Source: a virus. Taken from it: a DNA stretch of 64,000 nucleotides. Location: IMG/VR virus record IMGVR_UViG_3300027857_000017. One strand, written 5' to 3'. Of this stretch, positions 59,272 to 64,000 are shown piece by piece (positions within the stretch are counted from its first letter, which is position 1; the number at the start of each line of letters is the position of its first letter). A program made the translations under genes and the position numbers. A model generated the notes under the pieces. That model searched no databases. It saw nothing but the letters and a program-made list of their open reading frames with translations, and was not told the DNA's origin.

Positions 59272-60104
59272 AGCATCTTCCTCCCTTCTACTTCTCTAAA
59301 CGTAGCGTTTTATTCCTCATCCAATCTCTTCTTGAGAATATGCAACTCTCCTGCTTGGTACAGCCTATCGCAAAAATCAGCACGCTCTACCGGACTCCAC
59401 GGTGTCTCTTCCCCCTGGATCTCAATACGCGTCTTTGCCCACTCGCTGAATTGCTGATCTGTTGCCTCACCTGCGTGAATGGAGACCCAATGACCTTCCT
59501 CATCTTGTGCTCTGATATAGACAAGATCCAGTTCTGTGGGTGTGATGGGATCGGGCATATCGGGCGGGAAGATGAGTAGTTCCATCGTAGTGCTGCAATG
59601 GTGTGGAAGCACCTCTACCTGCACGGCTTGCGCCTTGAGTTGTTTGAGTTGCTCTATCCAATCGAGATCTGCCTGAGAGATATATCCACGTACTTGGCAG
59701 GTTGAGCAGATGAGGACAGCACGAGAGTTTTTTTGTCGGGTCACATGCATTATGTTTATACCTTCCCCTCTTGGATGCAGAGTGCCATCAGCTCTCCTGC
59801 GTGTCTCTCGCAAAAATAGACATACCCGTTTGGTAATGGTGATGATGTTGGCAGCTTCAGGTACGCTGGTTCTGTGCAGTCCTTCTCTTCAGTTTGCTTA
59901 CCATTTTCATCTGTGGCGGTTTGCATGAGTCCGCATCGCTGTTCATCGCTCATTTCATTCCTGCTTTCCCATCTGTCTGCTGCTCTGATGCTTTGCGTAT
60001 TTCCCTGATACGCTGGAGGTTAGAGTGATGACGTTTACTTTCTAAGTAGAGGATGGCTCCTACTACAAAACACAGGAGACCCGCGAGTGTCCAATTTAAT
60101 ATGA

Positions 60105-60452
60105 TCACCTCTTGTTTCCCTCTCGTGGTCTGCGCATGGTGAATCGCTCTTCTCTGTAGACTCGTTTTCGTTTGGCGATACAGATGAAGCAGTACTGTGC
60201 CCCATTGTTCCGCCTGGTCTCATTGCCACAATCAAGACAGATGCGAGGCGTTTCCGGTGGCAATGGGTGCCTTCTTCGCGCTCGTGGGTGTGGTGCATCT
60301 GCTTCGGCATGTTCTTCGATGAGCTTTTTGGGTGGACGAGAACGACCCTCCCGCCTTTGCGTTTCCCGACACTCAAAACAATAGTGTGCGTGGGCGTTAC
60401 GCCTGGTTGGTAGTCCACAGGTAATGCATATCCCTGGCTCTCGCTCTGTCAT
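60105..60452 (-). CDS. double zinc-ribbon basic protein
   Basis: CITCG...CFECR and CLDCG...CFIC. Confidence 0.35.
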   Translation of the reverse strand: MTEREPGICITCGLPTRRNAHAHYCFECRETQRREGRSRPPKKLIEEHAEADAPHPRARRRHPLPPETPRICLDCGNETRRNNGAQYCFICIAKRKRVYREERFTMRRPREGNKR

Positions 60453-60955
60453 CGTGCCGATCCCATCTGCGCATCCTGTAGTTGTTGGCGTAGAGTCTGT
60501 ACCTGTTCTTCCAACTGTTTTTGATACGCTTCAGCAAGGACGCTGACTCTCCCATTTTCCGCTAGAACACGCACCAGGCCATCTGGAGTCTGAATGTCCC
60601 AGATGCGAAACTGGGCGCTGATTTCCCGCAATGATTGCAACCCTATCGTCAGATGATGAGTCTCTAGAAAGGTGAAAACCGATGAGATGACATCCTGGAT
60701 GAGCTGAACCTCATTCTCTTGTGCCTGTGTGTGTATCAGTTGGGAAGTCGGTTCGAGAACCGACTTCCCAACTGATACACGTCCCTGTGCAAATTCATCA
60801 ATCTGCTCTTGTGAAATGCCAAGAAAGAGACCTGCGTTATCTCTCACGCATTTGATACGTCCAAGTGTCGTGTACTGCCGGATGGTAGCTACTGCTAGAT
60901 TGAATTGTGCTGCTACCTCTTCCATTGTGTATAATCGGTTACTTGTTGTTGTCAT
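60449..60955 (-). CDS. HTH_17-like N-terminal DNA-binding protein containing a 50-bp palindrome
   Basis: YTMEEVAAQFNLAVATIRQYTTLGRI HTH; the perfect palindrome at 60731-60780 encodes VSVGKSVLEPTSQLIH. Confidence 0.45.
   Translation of the reverse strand: MTTTSNRLYTMEEVAAQFNLAVATIRQYTTLGRIKCVRDNAGLFLGISQEQIDEFAQGRVSVGKSVLEPTSQLIHTQAQENEVQLIQDVISSVFTFLETHHLTIGLQSLREISAQFRIWDIQTPDGLVRVLAENGRVSVLAEAYQKQLEEQVQTLRQQLQDAQMGSAR
60731..60780. repeat. perfect 24-bp-arm inverted repeat (2-bp spacer) inside a CDS
   Basis: GTGTATCAGTTGGGAAGTCGGTTC-ga-GAACCGACTTCCCAACTGATACAC. Confidence 0.8.
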
Positions 60956-61049
60956 ATATTCTCTCCTTCCCTGGATGCGGTTGTATTGGTTGATGCCGTA
61001 GCGTCAATATGTTTTCTGTGCATGCTTTTGATGGGAGAGCATCACTTGC

Positions 61050-62219
61050 TTATTGTCCCGTTGCTTTCAATTGCGCAGCCGCCTCTGCCATGAGCGTGCC
61101 TATGTCTGCCATGATGGACGAGAGTGGACGTGGAGACGGGAGTGGTTCTGTCTGACCTCCTGATGACGGAGTAGGTTGAGGTGGAGGGGGACTAAACCAC
61201 GGATTGCCTCCCAATGACCAGACGGAAATGTTGGAGAGTCCCTGACTCAAAATCGCTTGCATTCTCATATCCATTGTGGTTGAGTCAGCATAAGAGTAAG
61301 ATATCCCGCTTTGTGACCACATCATCTCTCCAGATGCCGGGTCCCGTACGGCAGTAGAGAAGCCTGGAAGACTTGATGCTTGCCTACTAGGAAACTTCTT
61401 GACGTGATAGGTCCCTGTGGCTCCCGAATAGGCATAAGAAGGTATGCCTATCACGATCCTGTTGACATCGGTGATTTTACTTTTCGTCCACTGGCAGCAG
61501 GCAGTGAGTGTCAAAAGTGGCGCAATAGGTGTGCCCGCTCCATTATCCGATTGCAGATCATAACACATGGCGGTGATGTAATCTGCTGGCAGTGGTTCCA
61601 GATCTTCATACTTGAAGGGATAATAGCCTTGATATTTGGCGTTAAAAATCACCGGCCCGTCAATCATTAACTGGTAGTTCTGAGCATGCAAGGCATTGCC
61701 AAGTTGTTTGATAAATGCCAGGTAACCTTGATACTGCTGCTCGCTCCACTTACTAAACCCCTCGAAATCCAACTCAATCCCGGTGAATTGTGCTGTCTTC
61801 AGAAACTCTACTGTGGTGGTGATAAAGTCTTGCGTCAGGAGAGGAGAAGATGTGAGCGCAACCATTCCTGCCGTTTGTCCTGAGATGGTGACGAATTGCC
61901 TCTCGCTAGCTGCTTTGATAGATGCCACATTCTCAGGGCTGTAGCCAAGGCATCTTGCGCTTGTCACGGTGTCCTGCACAAGAGTGCCAGTATCTTGTAA
62001 GGTGTAGTACTGAGGTTTCAGTACTGTAATCTGTTTGGTGATATATTCAGTTTGGACATCACACGATAAATCTGGATAGAGCCAGGCCATCGTTGTCACT
62101 TCCATCTTCTTCCCCTCTGGTATAACTGTCTTCTTGGGAATTGGCGCAGGCGTCGTTCCGCAAGAGATGAGAATGAACGTGATGAGAATACTTATGAGAA
62201 TAAGCACACGCTTGTTCAT
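61050..62219 (-). CDS. lipoprotein with a glycoside hydrolase family 18 (chitinase-like) domain
   Basis: Signal peptide plus lipobox LISCG; GH18 catalytic motif GIELDFEGF (DxDxE); Pro-rich C-terminus. Confidence 0.6.
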   Translation of the reverse strand: MNKRVLILISILITFILISCGTTPAPIPKKTVIPEGKKMEVTTMAWLYPDLSCDVQTEYITKQITVLKPQYYTLQDTGTLVQDTVTSARCLGYSPENVASIKAASERQFVTISGQTAGMVALTSSPLLTQDFITTTVEFLKTAQFTGIELDFEGFSKWSEQQYQGYLAFIKQLGNALHAQNYQLMIDGPVIFNAKYQGYYPFKYEDLEPLPADYITAMCYDLQSDNGAGTPIAPLLTLTACCQWTKSKITDVNRIVIGIPSYAYSGATGTYHVKKFPSRQASSLPGFSTAVRDPASGEMMWSQSGISYSYADSTTMDMRMQAILSQGLSNISVWSLGGNPWFSPPPPQPTPSSGGQTEPLPSPRPLSSIMADIGTLMAEAAAQLKATGQ

Positions 62220-62440
62220 CAGCGGTGGTGAGGTGTCCCACTCCCACTGAGCAGTTTCTCTACGGTCTCTTGACGCACACGATACGACTCACGCTTGTTG
62301 AGATGAGGCAACCGCACTGCTTCCAGGAGACCGTTCTTGATCCATCTTCTCACGGTTGTGTCATCCACGCGAAGAATTGCGGCCACCTCGTGGACGGTGA
62401 GCAGTTTCGTCTCTTTCTCTTCCAGTGTTTTCAATGTCAT
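62219..62440 (-). CDS. excisionase-family HTH_17 DNA-binding protein
   Basis: LTVHEVAAILRVDDTTVRRWIKNGLLEAVRL. Confidence 0.55.
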   Translation of the reverse strand: MTLKTLEEKETKLLTVHEVAAILRVDDTTVRRWIKNGLLEAVRLPHLNKRESYRVRQETVEKLLSGSGTPHHR

Positions 62441-63030
62441 ACTGTTCGTTCCTCTCTCTATTTATTCATGATGCGAATAATTCTACCACTTCTGTCAACT
62501 ATTCTGCATACACTTTCTTGTGTATATTTCTACTTGTTTCGTGCTGACTGCTCACTATCATCAGGCTTGTAGACTGCTTCTCTGGTATCTATTGACTTCG
62601 CTTGGATTCTTCACAGTACGAGTGTTATACTGTATATACGCTCAGGTGGTGGGCGCTGAGAGAGCGTATCCTTTCGCGGTGTTGGTGTGGTGATTGAATG
62701 ATTTGACAAGCAGGCGTGTCTAGTTAGCAATGGCTGGATAACGCCTGTTTTTTGTTGCAGTAAATGAAAGTAGAAAAGGCATGAGTAGCATTCGAACATT
62801 TTCAGATGCACAGTACAGCATTTTAGTATTGCAAACATTAAAAAGGTTGTTAAGAAGGTCAGACTATTATCTAGCTGTTCTGCCGCCAAGAGACATTTTG
62901 AGCAAGGATGAAGCTTCTGCATCCGATGTATCATCAGCATTGGACTTTGCCATTGAGTCTATTAGAGGACAGTTCGAAGCTCAAGAAGTGGCAAAACCAC
63001 CGAGAGAAGAGAGGAAGTTGTACTGATATT

Positions 63031-63663
63031 CTATGGTGTTGGCGATAGTACTGGCACTGTGAGGGTGGGAACCGATGTTGGTGGAAGCGTTGGAGCTATT
63101 GGCATGGTTGCCGTTGGTGGTATAGGCGTCGGTACTACTGTTGGAATAGGCACAGGCGTTGGAACCGGCGTGGCAGTAGGTGATGGTGCAGCTGTCGATA
63201 TGGGTATTACAGTGGGCAACGCTGTTGGGTGAGGCGTCGGTACTGGCACTTTTGTTGGTACGGGTGTCGGCATTATATGCGGCTTAGGTGTGGGTATTAC
63301 TAATGGCGTCGGAATAGCCGTAGGATGAACAAGAGAAGGCGTAGGGATAGTTTCAGTACTCTGTAATGGTGCTACGAGCGCAGGAGCCGTAGGCGTGATT
63401 GTAGCGCGAATGGCTACGGTAGGTGAGAGTTGCAACGGTGCCATGATGGGCGTAGGTATGGTTGTGGTAATCACCTCCTGGTGAACAGGCTTGCCGTGAA
63501 TGGCTGGTGCTAGAGGTGGTGTTGAGTGTGCAGACAGGGTGAGAGCAATGACGCCAGTCGTGGTGATGACCAATGCACAGAAGGCGATGAGGGTTCGCTG
63601 TAAGGGTCGCCAATCTTTGGGAGGTGGAGGAGGCGGGACAGCATACGGGTTACTGTTGTACAA
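63031..63663 (-). CDS. membrane-anchored Pro/Thr-rich low-complexity protein
   Basis: N-terminal transmembrane helix then PTP/VPTP repeats. Confidence 0.4.
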   Translation of the reverse strand: MYNSNPYAVPPPPPPKDWRPLQRTLIAFCALVITTTGVIALTLSAHSTPPLAPAIHGKPVHQEVITTTIPTPIMAPLQLSPTVAIRATITPTAPALVAPLQSTETIPTPSLVHPTAIPTPLVIPTPKPHIMPTPVPTKVPVPTPHPTALPTVIPISTAAPSPTATPVPTPVPIPTVVPTPIPPTATMPIAPTLPPTSVPTLTVPVLSPTP

Positions 63664-63768
63664 TGTGTGCTTGCTTCCCTTCCAACCTGATTTTGTTCAC
63701 ATCATGAATAACGCCCTCTATGATAACGTATATATCTGCTGTATGGTATCATTGCGTTGAAGGAGGGA

Positions 63769-64000
63769 ATGGCACCCATGAACAGAGCTGAACAGCTTCG
63801 AGTCACTACAACCTATCAAGAAGCCTTCTCTGCGTGGTTTGGCCGCTTTTACCGAGAATGGCAGCGACAACGGGAAACATCTCTTGCAGACCCTGGAGAT
63901 CCACACGCCTTTGTGGCGCAACTGCGTGAGTACTATCAACAAGAATTGGAGCCAGAGCAGGCGTTTCTAGAGTGGAGACAATCGATGATGGAATGGGAAG
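63769..64000 (+). CDS. hypothetical protein, 3'-truncated by the window end
   Basis: ORF MAPMNRAEQLRV... runs off the window. Confidence 0.3.
   Translation, partial: MAPMNRAEQLRVTTTYQEAFSAWFGRFYREWQRQRETSLADPGDPHAFVAQLREYYQQELEPEQAFLEWRQSMMEWE

Overview
The window is a mosaic mobile-element region, a prophage or phage-plasmid, with about 50% GC and a bacterial host. No rRNA, CRISPR array, or capsid, terminase or tail gene is visible, so it looks like the early/accessory part of a larger element. Main blocks: (1) 0.4-9.5 kb is a leftward operon with a tyrosine integrase (2053-3096), a DUF4031 protein, a DUF488-ASCH fusion, a phage Gp37/Gp68 protein and many small unknowns, ending at a divergent promoter/operator region (9.6-9.7 kb). 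(2) A regulator with an N-terminal helix-turn-helix (HTH) and a C-terminal GAF domain, plus a perfect palindromic operator, at 10.7-11.7 kb. (3) An Rsr/Ro60 (TROVE + vWA) gene at 16.2-17.8 kb flanked on both sides by non-coding RNAs that carry circularly permuted tRNA-like modules (YrlA-type Y RNA candidates), plus a tRNA-Tyr(GUA). (4) A Vsr-like endonuclease with an XRE-family HTH and NUMOD3 motifs, a GT2 membrane glycosyltransferase, a DEDDh exonuclease, YopX and many small phage-type ORFs. (5) Four excisionase-family HTH_17 genes. (6) A replication module with an iteron-containing initiator, a DnaC-like loader and a DnaB helicase. (7) A methylation cluster of a Dam-like N6A methyltransferase, a PAPS-reductase-like gene interrupted by an in-frame TAA sitting in the loop of a perfect 35-bp palindrome, and a short C5-cytosine methyltransferase. 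(8) A plasmid-like rep/parAB module with parS-like palindromes and TTATGA iterons. (9) An ISL3-family insertion sequence with passenger ORFs. (10) An SPFH operon and a GH18 lipoprotein. The most notable unexplained structure is the Ro60-associated set of permuted tRNA-like RNAs. CDS coordinates follow the supplied ORF track; coordinates I derived by hand for RNAs and DNA sites may be off by 1-2 nt.
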